64,000 bases of DNA from Myxococcota bacterium (GCA_965223705.1 OZ245015.1:3008001-3072000), one strand, 5' to 3'. Counted from the first letter of the stretch, positions 27,228 through 36,427 are shown. Made by a program: numbers and translations. The notes: generated from the letters alone by a model not told the origin.

Positions 27228-28004
27228 CTACTCCGAGACCAACGAGCCGATGTCGGCGACGACGGTGGTCAGCGCCGCCGTCATCTGTTCGGTGAGTGGT
27301 CCGGCACCCAGCCCGAGGAGCAAAAGGGTCACCGCGATATGAGCGGGAAGTTGCAGCGCGATCAGGTTGAGCTGCGGGATGGTCCGGCCGAGGATCCCCA
27401 CGGCGACGTTCGACGCCAGCATCGCGACGACCACCGGCGCTGCCAACGAGACCGCGACCTCAAAGATGATGTGGCCCAGGGCGACGACACCGGCGAATAC
27501 CCCGTGGAGGTCTCTCCAGGCCGTTCCGATCGGCAGCGCGGCGAAAGACGACACCACCACAGCCAAAACCTGGTGGTGCCCGTCCACGGCCAAGAACAGG
27601 AAAAGACCGATGACCTGAATGAGAGATGTCAGGACGACGGTCGAGATTCCGCTGGTCGGATCGATGGCGTTCGCCGCTCCGAGGCCACCTTGGATCGCGA
27701 TGAACTCCGCCATCATGCCGAACCCCGCGAAAGCGAATCCGGCCGCGATGCCGATCGCGCTTCCGATGACCGCTTCCCGTACGAGCCATCCGGCGACGAC
27801 CAGACTCGGCGAATCCCAGCCGCCGTCCATCGCGAGCCTCGGATCGCCGATGAGCGACATCGTGAAAGCCACAGCCAAGGCCAGCCGGTACTTGCGGGGG
27901 ATGGCTCGGTGGCTGAAGAGAGGCGCTGTAAAGACGACGGCGGTGATGCGAACACCGGCTAGAGCGTGGGTCAGCACCCAGTCGGACGGGAGCTCGACGT
28001 TCAT
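27228..28004 (-). CDS. fliR: Export gate FliR
   Basis: Hydrophobic; APLFS, DGHH, GRTIPQLN; ATG coupled to the fliQ stop. Confidence 0.94.
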   Translation of the reverse strand: MNVELPSDWVLTHALAGVRITAVVFTAPLFSHRAIPRKYRLALAVAFTMSLIGDPRLAMDGGWDSPSLVVAGWLVREAVIGSAIGIAAGFAFAGFGMMAEFIAIQGGLGAANAIDPTSGISTVVLTSLIQVIGLFLFLAVDGHHQVLAVVVSSFAALPIGTAWRDLHGVFAGVVALGHIIFEVAVSLAAPVVVAMLASNVAVGILGRTIPQLNLIALQLPAHIAVTLLLLGLGAGPLTEQMTAALTTVVADIGSLVSE

Positions 28005-28270
28005 GGCACCGCCGACCCGGCCTGGACGATGAGCCGAGTCCCGAACTCGACCAAATGGCCCATGATCCATGGGAACAGCCACGCGAACGTGGCCAGGGTG
28101 AGCACGATCTTCGGGACGAACGTCAGCGTCTGCTCATTGATCTGAGTCGCCGCCTGAAAAATCGAGATGAACAGACCCGAGAAGAGAGCGATGGCGAGAA
28201 CCGGAGAAGCCAAGAGCAGACTCACCCGTACGGTCTCTTGAAGCAGGGTACTGACTTCCTCGACGGTCAT
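28001..28270 (-). CDS. fliQ: Export gate FliQ
   Basis: FQAATQINEQTLTFVPKI. Confidence 0.97.
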   Translation of the reverse strand: MTVEEVSTLLQETVRVSLLLASPVLAIALFSGLFISIFQAATQINEQTLTFVPKIVLTLATFAWLFPWIMGHLVEFGTRLIVQAGSAVP

Positions 28271-28273
28271 CGC

Positions 28274-29332
28274 TCACATCAATCCTTCGACGAGCGATCC
28301 GATCACGAGATTCCATCCGTCGAGAAGTACGAACAGCATCAGCTTGAACGGCAGGGAGATCACGATCGGCGGAAGGACGATCATGCCCATCGAAATCAGC
28401 ATCGACGCGATCACGAGATCGATCACCAGAAACGGGAGATAGATCGTAAACCCGATTTCGAAAGCCGTTCTGAGTTCACTCATCATGTACGCCGGAAGCA
28501 GCTGCGTCATCGGGATTGCGTCGGGGCGGGTGTCCCCGTCAACCGGGCGTTCAAACAACGCGAGATCGGATTCGCGCGTGAAGTTCGCGAGAAATCCGCG
28601 GATCGGTTGCATCGCCTTTGTGAGCGCTTCCTCGGGTTCCATTTCTCCGGCGACGTAGGGCTCGTAGGCTTCCACCCGAACCACTTCCGCGACGGGCGAC
28701 ATCACGTAGAACGTCGTGAAGAGGGCGAGCCCGACGAGGACTTGATTCGGCGGCAGTTGCTGGACCCCGATCGCCTGACGAAGGAGTGCCAGAACAATGA
28801 CGATCCGCGTGAAACACGTCCCCATGAGGAGCAGGGACGGAGCGACCGTCACGAGACTCAGGAAAACGACGGTCTGAATCGTCGAAGACAGCCCACCGGG
28901 TGACACGGCCTCGTCACTCCCGATCTGGATGGAGATCGTCTCTGCGGACGTACCGGTCGCCAGAAGCAACACACACGCCACCACGCTGACGACGAGCGTC
29001 ACGAGCCGAAGCTCGCGTTGTGTTCCGGTCGACTCGGGCGCCGCTCCCGCCGCGCGATCCCCGCCACCCGGTGCCGGTGCCGTGCTGGGAAGCCGCGAGC
29101 GAAGGACTTCGACTCCGGAATCGCTACTAGCGATGAGCAGGGGTTCTCCGCGGCACTCGACGAGGTGAATGCGATGCTTGGTCGATAACGCGCGGCTTTC
29201 GAGGATTGCGAGCTCCTGCCCTGCGACCCGACGGTTTGCCTGGAATCGCGACAGGACGGCCCGGAGCACGCCGAGCGCCCCGAGGGTCAAGATGATGGGC
29301 GTCAGAATGTCGCCGAGCGTCGACCCGTTCAT
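28274..29332 (-). CDS. fliP: FliO-FliP fusion
   Basis: ATG coupled to the fliN stop; FliO-like TM plus LAILESRAL..HRIHLVEC..LLIA, continuing in frame into FliP motifs (FTRIVIVL, PPNQVL, SELRTAF, PFKLMLFVLLDGW). Confidence 0.9.
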   Translation of the reverse strand: MNGSTLGDILTPIILTLGALGVLRAVLSRFQANRRVAGQELAILESRALSTKHRIHLVECRGEPLLIASSDSGVEVLRSRLPSTAPAPGGGDRAAGAAPESTGTQRELRLVTLVVSVVACVLLLATGTSAETISIQIGSDEAVSPGGLSSTIQTVVFLSLVTVAPSLLLMGTCFTRIVIVLALLRQAIGVQQLPPNQVLVGLALFTTFYVMSPVAEVVRVEAYEPYVAGEMEPEEALTKAMQPIRGFLANFTRESDLALFERPVDGDTRPDAIPMTQLLPAYMMSELRTAFEIGFTIYLPFLVIDLVIASMLISMGMIVLPPIVISLPFKLMLFVLLDGWNLVIGSLVEGLM

Positions 29333-29658
29333 TCCTTCCCCGCTACGGACTTTCCGGTCTGCTCCCCGACAATCTCGGAGATCTGGACGACCAATCGTTC
29401 GTCGACGACAGTCACCTCGCCCCGGGCGATCAATTTTCCGTTGACGAAGACCTCCGCGGGATCGTTCGCCGTTCGATCGAGCTCCACCACGGAGCCTTCC
29501 TTGAGCTGCAGGACTTCGCGGACCAACAACTTCGCTCCGCCCACTTCGACCGACAGCGCCAGCGGCACGTCGATCACGAAGTCGAATGCGGGCCCTGTCG
29601 CCGGCTCGGGCGACGGTTCGGGTGCGGAGGCTTCCGGCTGTTGTTCTCGATCCGCCAT
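29329..29658 (-). CDS. fliN: Switch protein FliN
   Basis: DVPLALSVEVG, GSVVELD, VNGKLIARGEV. Confidence 0.95.
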   Translation of the reverse strand: MADREQQPEASAPEPSPEPATGPAFDFVIDVPLALSVEVGGAKLLVREVLQLKEGSVVELDRTANDPAEVFVNGKLIARGEVTVVDERLVVQISEIVGEQTGKSVAGKE

Positions 29659-29664
29659 AACTTC

Positions 29665-30585
29665 CTACTCCGCGCTCACGCGCCCGCTGATCCGCACCGC
29701 ACGTTGGCCTCCCACCGCGCCGGGCACGCCGGTGAACTTGGGACATCCGCCGACGAACACGACGACGCCTCCGTCGCGACCGCCGTCGAGCGGCAACACG
29801 TCGCCGCGGCGGAGCCGCGCGATCTGTGACAGGGAAATCGTGCCTGTCGCGAGCTGCGCGCGAAGTTCGATCGGTGTCTGCCGCACGAGTGCCTGGACGC
29901 CGCTATACGTCGCGGAGTCTTCGTCACCGGGCAGATCCGGTGCCGCCCCAACCAGCTCGGCGGGAAACAAGCAGTGGATGTGCCCCGTTTCCGCGAAGCC
30001 TTCCATCAGAAACTTCGCGTGGCGCATGGCTCCCTGCGGCGGCGCACTCGCGAGTTTTTCGGGGCTAGCCGTACTCTCGATCCGCATCTCGAGCGGCTTC
30101 CACTCGCGCGCTGCGGACGCGAGTTGCTGCGCCCACTCACTCGAGATACGCAGCAGGAAACGCTCTTCGACCCTCGAAACAGGACGCTCGGGTATGACGA
30201 CGGGGACGCTTGCTCGGGCGCCGAATGCGCGGTTCAACCACGCGTAGAAGAGCGGCCGCTCGAAACGCAGGTAGGCCTTCGCGCGACTACCCGCAAAACC
30301 GATGAGGGTGACCCGTTCCTCCGCTTCGCACGCTTCCACAAACGCCTCGTTCGTGGTGGGCTCTTCGGGCAGAAGCGATACGCGGATCATCGCCTGATAG
30401 AGTGTGGACAGCATTCGCGAGTGCTGATCCGCCATGAGCTCCAGGCTCCGTAAGTAGCCCGAGTCATCGACCCCGCCGCTGGCGCGCGCAAAGGGAACGC
30501 CCGTCGGTCCGCCGGCTCCGGGCCCCGCGAGGCTCTCGACCTCGTCCGCGGACAGGCGGGTTCCTTCTTCGGTTTCAGCGGTCAT
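29665..30585 (-). CDS. fliM: Switch protein FliM (divergent)
   Basis: LSADEVESL N-peptide, RPVSRVE, C-terminal SpoA-like domain; between fliL and fliN. Confidence 0.8.
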   Translation of the reverse strand: MTAETEEGTRLSADEVESLAGPGAGGPTGVPFARASGGVDDSGYLRSLELMADQHSRMLSTLYQAMIRVSLLPEEPTTNEAFVEACEAEERVTLIGFAGSRAKAYLRFERPLFYAWLNRAFGARASVPVVIPERPVSRVEERFLLRISSEWAQQLASAAREWKPLEMRIESTASPEKLASAPPQGAMRHAKFLMEGFAETGHIHCLFPAELVGAAPDLPGDEDSATYSGVQALVRQTPIELRAQLATGTISLSQIARLRRGDVLPLDGGRDGGVVVFVGGCPKFTGVPGAVGGQRAVRISGRVSAE

Positions 30586-31103
30586 TGCACCACGAGTTCG
30601 GTGAACAGAACAGAGTTCACCTGCCCCGTTTGTAGGATCCCGTTGATTCGGTTGCGGATGTCGTCCTTGAGCAGCGCTTTCCCTTCGAACTCACTGATGT
30701 CCGTCAGGCGCTTGCTCGACAACAAGAGAATGATCGTGTCCCGCACCTGGGCGAGACGCTGTTCGGCCTCTTCGGTCGTCTCCGTTTTGTCGAGCTCCAG
30801 TTCGAGTTTCAGCTTGAGGTAACGCGGATAGCCCTCGCTGGTTATATTGACGACGAACGGGTCGAGTTCGAAGACCCGCTCGCTGAACTTCTCGGTTTCC
30901 GCCGGAGCTTCGGCTTCTTCACCGGCCTCGGCGGCCGCTTCTGCTGCGGCGGCTTCCGCCTCCGCCGCCTTGCTCCCGGCGAGGAACATTCCGCCGCCGA
31001 CACCGCCGCCCGCAGACACGAGCGCGATGATGAGAATGAGCAACCACGGCTTACCCGGCGCAGCCGCTTCTTCGGAGGCTTCGGTTTCTTCGTTGTCAGC
31101 CAT
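30582..31103 (-). CDS. fliL: FliL
   Basis: Single TM, LDPFVVN, RYLK, VLFTELVVQ. Confidence 0.95.
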   Translation of the reverse strand: MADNEETEASEEAAAPGKPWLLILIIALVSAGGGVGGGMFLAGSKAAEAEAAAAEAAAEAGEEAEAPAETEKFSERVFELDPFVVNITSEGYPRYLKLKLELELDKTETTEEAEQRLAQVRDTIILLLSSKRLTDISEFEGKALLKDDIRNRINGILQTGQVNSVLFTELVVQ

Positions 31104-31120
31104 CGCCTCGTTATCCCTTC

Positions 31121-32575
31121 CTAGCCTCTGAGTATCGAGTCATCGCGGACGATCTCGTTTCCGCGAGGGGCTTCGACGCCGAACTCCTTGAGCCTCCGCC
31201 ACAACGTCGTCGTCGAAATCTGCAACAGTTCGGCTGCTCGCTTGCGATTCCAACCCACTCGTTCGAGGGTCCGGAGAATGTGCTGACGTTCGAGTCCGGG
31301 AAGACTCTGGATCGCGTCCGGAACTTCTCGTTGACTTTCCGGTGCGCGCAAGCGCTTCGGGAGATCCGTGACCTGGAGGAAAGGCGTCCGAGCCAAGGCG
31401 ACGCCTCGTTCGATCGCGTTCTCGAGTTCGCGAACGTTGCCGGGCCACCGGTAAGCCAGCAGGAGTTGCCGCGCTTCCGGATCGATTCCCCGCAGCGAGC
31501 GACCACTCTTCTCGCACATTCGCGCCAGGAAGTGATCTGCCAAAATCGAAATATCGTCGAGCCGCTCACGCAGCGGAGGCACGCGGAGGGGAATGACAGC
31601 GAGCCGGTAGTAGAGGTCTTCGCGGAATCGACCGGCGGCGACCTCTTCTTCCAGGTCTTTGTTCGTGGCCGCGACGAGCCGAACATCGACGATTCGGGTC
31701 GCTTCACCGCCTACGGGTCGCACCTCCCCGGTCTGAAGAAATCGCAGAAGCTTGGCCTGCATCGGCAACGGCATCTCGGCGACTTCGTCGAGGAAGACGG
31801 TCCCCCCGTCCGCCTGCTCGAACAATCCCTTCGTATTCGCGGCGGCGCCCGTGAAAGCGCCCTTGCGATGCCCGAACAACTCGCTCTCGAGCAGCGTCTC
31901 GGGGAACGCGGCGGAATTTACAGCGCACAGGATCCGGTCCCGGCGGCGGCTCATCTGGTGGATGGCGCGACCCACCAGCTCTTTTCCCGTGCCCGTCTCG
32001 CCCGTCACCAGCACGGTGCTCTCCGTGTCGGCCACGTTTTGAATGAGCGTCACCAGCTCACGGATCGCAGCGGACTCTCCGACGATCTCGGGGATCTGAC
32101 CCGGCCGCTGGGTATCGCTCGGCGCCGCTCTGCGGTCTGTGGTGGGTCCGACGGCCGCGCCCTCCATCTGATCGAGATCCTCGTGGGTCCACGGCTTGCT
32201 CAGAAAAAACGAGATCGCCCCGCGGTTGATGGCGTCTCGCATCAGGGGCGCTTCGGGAGCCGCGGTCATCAGAACTCGCTGAATCTCGGGGTTCTCAGCG
32301 CGCAAACCGGCGAGGAACTCGATCCCCGTCGTTCCCGGAAGATCCTGGTCCGCCACGACGATCGAGATGCTCGCACCCGCGATAGCGAGCGAAGCTTCTT
32401 CGACGTCGCCGGCTTCTTCGCAGATCCAGCCACGTCGGCGAAGTTCCCGAGCGAGCGAGCGCCTGACCGCGATATCGTCATCGACAACGAGCGCGACTCC
32501 CGGCCACTCTCCGCGAAAGCGACTGACTCGCTCGCGTTCGGATTGAAATCGCTTCGCTTCCGAATGAACTTCCAT
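31121..32575 (-). CDS. Intact NtrC-family sigma54 activator (receiver-AAA+-HTH), probable flagellar activator
   Basis: VVDDD..VADQ..KP receiver; GETGTGKE, ESELFGHRKGAFTGA, FLDEV, WPGNVRELEN, HTH; first gene of the fliL operon. Confidence 0.93.
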   Translation of the reverse strand: MEVHSEAKRFQSERERVSRFRGEWPGVALVVDDDIAVRRSLARELRRRGWICEEAGDVEEASLAIAGASISIVVADQDLPGTTGIEFLAGLRAENPEIQRVLMTAAPEAPLMRDAINRGAISFFLSKPWTHEDLDQMEGAAVGPTTDRRAAPSDTQRPGQIPEIVGESAAIRELVTLIQNVADTESTVLVTGETGTGKELVGRAIHQMSRRRDRILCAVNSAAFPETLLESELFGHRKGAFTGAAANTKGLFEQADGGTVFLDEVAEMPLPMQAKLLRFLQTGEVRPVGGEATRIVDVRLVAATNKDLEEEVAAGRFREDLYYRLAVIPLRVPPLRERLDDISILADHFLARMCEKSGRSLRGIDPEARQLLLAYRWPGNVRELENAIERGVALARTPFLQVTDLPKRLRAPESQREVPDAIQSLPGLERQHILRTLERVGWNRKRAAELLQISTTTLWRRLKEFGVEAPRGNEIVRDDSILRG

Positions 32576-32635
32576 TCTGGGAACCGCCTTTCTTGCGCGT
32601 TGGGTGCGCTTTCAACTTCGCCGTAAGCCTTTCTC

Positions 32636-32663
32636 GAATCGGCGACGAACCGGCAGTTCTTAA
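32636..32663 (-). promoter_or_regulatory. Sigma28 (FliA/WhiG)-like promoter
   Basis: Minus strand TTAAG-N15-GCCGATTC; a TTCTTAAGAA palindrome (32657-32666) overlaps the -35. Confidence 0.55.
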
Positions 32664-32758
32664 GAATTTATGAACGCTTTCTTCGAATACTGAAATCCCG
32701 CGTTGCAGCTTGTAGCCTGCCCACTGGGTTCACCCTAAGGGTTTCTCTCGATTTCGGG

Positions 32759-33511
32759 CTACGGGCGACCACCGCGCAGGTTCTTGTGGAGGAACACGAT
32801 CTCGACGCGCCGGTTGCGCTGCCGATTCTCGACGGTGTCATTCGGGGCGATCGGTCGGTAGTGCGCGTAGCCCGCCGCCGCGAGACGTTCCGGCGAAACG
32901 CCCGCCACCTCGACGAGATAGCGCACGGTGCTCACGGCACGAGCTGTGGAAATATTCCAATTGTCGCCGCCAGCGCCGGGCTTCTGACTGTCTGAATGGC
33001 CCTCGACGGAAACCTCTTCTTCGACGTCTCGTACCAGACTCGCCAGCTCTTCCAACAGGAGCAATGACTCCGCGCGCAACTGTGCCGAACCGGGCTCGAA
33101 CAAGAGCTCGCCTTTCACCCGAGCCGTGACACCGCGATCGGTCTCCTCGACTTCGACCCACTGCTCGAGGTTGCGGCCCTTGACCGCCATTTCGATCTTG
33201 CGAAGCAGATCTGGATCGCGCTTCGACGCGCGGTGGGTGGGATTCGAGATCACCGGGCGGCTCGCGGAATCGGACTCGGTGAGCTCAAAGACCGAAGACG
33301 ACTGGGAATCGAGGTGTCCGGGCTCTTCCTTCTGGCTCCCGAAGGCGTCTTTCATCGAGCCGACCATGGCCGCCCATTTGACGACGTCCATGTTCGCGAA
33401 AGACAGCAGAAGCACGAAGAAGCACAACAAGAGACTCATGAGATCGCCGAACGTCGCCATCCATGCCGGGACCCCCTCTTCGCCGGGCGGTTGTTCTTCT
33501 TCTTCCGCCAC
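32759..33511 (-). CDS. motB: Stator B subunit (PomB/MotB)
   Basis: WMATFGDLMSLLLCFFVLL TM and OmpA-like domain (EGHSD, NRRVEI). Confidence 0.96.
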   Translation of the reverse strand: MAEEEEQPPGEEGVPAWMATFGDLMSLLLCFFVLLLSFANMDVVKWAAMVGSMKDAFGSQKEEPGHLDSQSSSVFELTESDSASRPVISNPTHRASKRDPDLLRKIEMAVKGRNLEQWVEVEETDRGVTARVKGELLFEPGSAQLRAESLLLLEELASLVRDVEEEVSVEGHSDSQKPGAGGDNWNISTARAVSTVRYLVEVAGVSPERLAAAGYAHYRPIAPNDTVENRQRNRRVEIVFLHKNLRGGRP

Positions 33512-34278
33512 TACTCTTTCGATTCCTGGTAAGCGGCCCTTTCGGTCGGAGACAAGAAGGCCTCGAGCTTCGACTGGATCACCATGCTGTTGTCGCCCTT
33601 GAGAATCGATTCCACGCCCACGACGGCGAGTGTCTTGCGCAGGGTCTCCTCACCCGAGCGAGCTTCGAGCTTCGACGCGATCGGATTGCAGATGACAAAG
33701 GCGATGATCGCACCGTACATGGTGGTCAGGAGGGCAACGGCCATCGACGGACCGATCGCCGCCGGGTCTTCCAGAGCCTGGAGCATTTGGACGAGACCGA
33801 TGAGGGTCCCGATCATGCCCATCGCGGGGCCTGAGCCCGCAGCGAACTTGAAGATCGCCTGGCCCCGCAAATGGCGCTTGCGCAGAGCCGCAAGTTCGGA
33901 ATTCAGTGCCTCGGTAATGACCTCGGGGCTCAAACCATCGACGCCGAGCTTGACGCCGCGAGCGAGAAACTCGTCCTCGATTTCCTCGTTTTCCAGGGAC
34001 ACGAGCCCCTCTTTGCGCGCCTTCCCGGCCAGATCCACGATCCGATCAATCAACTCTCCCGGGCTCGCGGTCTTGTTGAAGAAGGCTTGGAGAGCCACCT
34101 TCACAGCGCCGATGACCTGGGGCATGCCTTCGTTGATCAGGACCGTTGCGAACGTTCCCCCGACGACGATCAGAAGGCCCGGGGCGTTGACGAACATCAT
34201 GATCGAGCCGCCGAGCAGCATCGATCCGATGATCAGCCCGAACCCCAAAACGATTCCAATTACCGTTGCCAGATCCAT
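33511..34278 (-). CDS. motA: Stator A subunit (PomA/MotA)
   Basis: ARKEGLVSLE, PAMGMIGTLIGL, ALLTTMYG. Confidence 0.97.
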   Translation of the reverse strand: MDLATVIGIVLGFGLIIGSMLLGGSIMMFVNAPGLLIVVGGTFATVLINEGMPQVIGAVKVALQAFFNKTASPGELIDRIVDLAGKARKEGLVSLENEEIEDEFLARGVKLGVDGLSPEVITEALNSELAALRKRHLRGQAIFKFAAGSGPAMGMIGTLIGLVQMLQALEDPAAIGPSMAVALLTTMYGAIIAFVICNPIASKLEARSGEETLRKTLAVVGVESILKGDNSMVIQSKLEAFLSPTERAAYQESKE

Positions 34279-34430
34279 CGACGCGAGTTCCTACGGTTTG
34301 CCGGTCGGCGGTACTACGCTTGCGTCATCGGTTCTTCGCGACGACCGGTCGATCGGTAGAACCCCGCAATTCCGAATCAGCGGAAGACCGGATTTCTGAC
34401 CCAAACCGACTTCCCGTGGCACTCACTCTC

Positions 34431-34610
34431 ATGGTGAGCGTTTCCATCTACTTGGCGGGGCTTCTGTGCGCTGCCTACACGACGAGCGAGCTTCTCCGCC
34501 TGGGAACGAAGCGGCCCCTTCCCAAGGCTTACGTCCGCGGCACCGGCCGCCCGCTGAATTTTCGGGTCGACCGCAGAAGCGGCGGCCGCCGTAAGACCGA
34601 TCGCGCCTAG
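34431..34610 (+). CDS. Possible small membrane protein (59 aa)
   Basis: Hydrophobic N-terminus and basic tail DRRSGGRRKTDR; fills an intergenic gap; its stop overlaps the HDOD gene stop (CTAG). Confidence 0.35.
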   Translation: MVSVSIYLAGLLCAAYTTSELLRLGTKRPLPKAYVRGTGRPLNFRVDRRSGGRRKTDRA

Positions 34611-35446
34611 GCGATTCGCTCCATCACCTCGCCGGCCCCATCGACGCCGAGTTCGAGAATTTCCCTCGCCTCGTCCTCTTCGAGCTTTCCGACCATCTTC
34701 GCCATCGTGATGATCGCCGGATAGGCGCGGTTCCAATCGAGCTCGGGCAACAGGCCCGCCAGCACGATCGGGAGAGGTGCGGGATCGGGATCGTCGGGAC
34801 TCGGGTGATGCCCGGAGATGGCCTTCTGCATCTCTTTCGGCAACCCCCAACGATCGGCGATCGCACCTCCGATCTCGGCGTGATCCCAACCGAAGGTCGC
34901 TTGCTCGATTTCGTGGAGGGGAGCCTCCCCCCGATGCCAGCGCTCGACTACTTCTCCGTACGGGTCGCCGAGCCACTCGCACAACAAGGGAATCGCGACG
35001 TCCTGCAGGAGGGCCGCCGTAAACAGACCCGCCGCGTCCCGTAACCCGAGCTCCCCGCAAAAGGCGCGCGTTACCGAAGCGCGGCGCGCGGCCGCTTGCC
35101 AAAAACGCCGCGGATCGAACCCGCGCATGCGCTTGTTCGCCATCACGTCTTTTACCCCCGCCGTGATGAGGAGCGACTCGAGATTCGCTCGACCCATCAG
35201 TGCGGAGGCGTGACCGGCGTCGACGACGGTGTGGCGCAATCCGAAGCCAGGAGAATTCACGATCTTGAGAACTTCGACGGAAAGCCCTGGGTCGAGCGCG
35301 ATCACCGCACCGACCGAAGCCAGATCGGACTCGGGGTCGCGCAGAGCGGCGAGCGCGTCCTGTACGGCGGTTCCGAACGTGCCGAGCTCGTAGGAATCGA
35401 TGAGCGCATCGAGCTTCTTCTTCTTCGATCGCTTTCGTCCCAGCAC
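34607..35446 (-). CDS. Stand-alone HDOD-domain protein
   Basis: DPGLSVEVLKIVNSPGFG, FWQ, ALLQDVA, HAEIG..WGLP; GTG coupled to the upstream TAG. Confidence 0.9.
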   Translation of the reverse strand: MLGRKRSKKKKLDALIDSYELGTFGTAVQDALAALRDPESDLASVGAVIALDPGLSVEVLKIVNSPGFGLRHTVVDAGHASALMGRANLESLLITAGVKDVMANKRMRGFDPRRFWQAAARRASVTRAFCGELGLRDAAGLFTAALLQDVAIPLLCEWLGDPYGEVVERWHRGEAPLHEIEQATFGWDHAEIGGAIADRWGLPKEMQKAISGHHPSPDDPDPAPLPIVLAGLLPELDWNRAYPAIITMAKMVGKLEEDEAREILELGVDGAGEVMERIA

Positions 35447-36420
35447 TAGTCCGCCCTTCGAGCGAGTTTGTTCGAGAAGATCGCCAAGAGTCCGCCGAGC
35501 CCGACGTAGCCGAGGAAGACCTCGGCGATCACGAGCGCCTGTGCACCCGCAGACGCGGGAACAATGTCTCCGTACCCGAGTGTCGTCAGCGTGACGACGC
35601 TGAAGTAGAACGGCGCGAGCCAGGTGTCTCGCGCGCCGTAGTCGATCGCGCAGAGCGTGTAGAGACCCGCGAACAAGGTGACCAAGACGACAATGGACAA
35701 CGCCCAGCGGGACAAGGAGCGACCGCAGTCTGAAGTGATCTTCCAGAGGTGGTAGAGCAGCGCCGAAGCGCGGCTCCGGTTGCGGAACTCGTGCAGGTAG
35801 TTCTCGTCCAGGATGAAGCGCCGCAAGAGATGTGCCCTTCGGAAATCGGCGTTTCGGATATCGACCTCGGCCCAGTCCGCGCCCTCGAACCCGTGCACGT
35901 CGGCCAACACCGCTTCCTGCAAGTTCGCTCCGACGAAACTCGCACCCGCGACGTCGGCTTCGGACAAGTCGGCACCGCGAATATCGGCGCGGTTGAAGTC
36001 GCACTCGCGGAGATCTGCAGACACCAACCGAGCCGCGGAAAGACGCGCGCCGACGAACCGCGCACCGCGGAGCGAACCGTGACTGAGCGACGTCTCGCTG
36101 AGATCCGCGCCTGAAAAGTCCGCCGATTCGAGGTTGGCGCGGCCGAAGCCACACCCGGGTGCGATGACACCGGACAGATCGGCACCCGATAGGTTCGCGC
36201 CCAGGCACTCGGCGCCGGAGAGTCTCGCTTCGTGGAGGCAAGCGTCGTCGAGGCGAGCTCCAGCGAGTTGCGCGTGGTCCAGGTTCGCCCCGGTGAAATC
36301 CAACGAACGAAGGTCGCGGTTTCGGAGGTCGAGCTTGGACAAATCGCAGCCGCGCAGGTCGAAATCCCCCAGATTTTCGGGGATCCCTTCCGCGCGCAGG
36401 TGCTGTTCGAGATCCTTCAT
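35446..36420 (-). CDS. Pentapeptide-repeat protein fused to a 2-TM K+ channel pore
   Basis: Long A(D/N)Lxx repeat array followed by FYFSVVTLTTLGYGDIVP selectivity filter. Confidence 0.92.
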   Translation of the reverse strand: MKDLEQHLRAEGIPENLGDFDLRGCDLSKLDLRNRDLRSLDFTGANLDHAQLAGARLDDACLHEARLSGAECLGANLSGADLSGVIAPGCGFGRANLESADFSGADLSETSLSHGSLRGARFVGARLSAARLVSADLRECDFNRADIRGADLSEADVAGASFVGANLQEAVLADVHGFEGADWAEVDIRNADFRRAHLLRRFILDENYLHEFRNRSRASALLYHLWKITSDCGRSLSRWALSIVVLVTLFAGLYTLCAIDYGARDTWLAPFYFSVVTLTTLGYGDIVPASAGAQALVIAEVFLGYVGLGGLLAIFSNKLARRAD

Positions 36421-36427
36421 GACGACT

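Noticed and set aside
24035..29332. Injectisome-type T3SS
   Set aside because: The export genes sit with rod, ring, flagellin and stator genes; the system is clearly flagellar.
34279..34432. Sigma54 or sigma28 promoter for motA or the small ORF
   Set aside because: TGGCAC at 34417 lacks the -12 TTGC, and the CCGAT-like hits lack a properly spaced -35.
35447..36241. Apparent extension or fusion of the HDOD ORF
   Set aside because: Alternative frame over the pentapeptide gene; the coupled GTG at 35446 explains it.
35700..36400. Qnr/MfpA-type quinolone resistance gene
   Set aside because: The pentapeptide repeats are fused to a channel pore, not a stand-alone Qnr.
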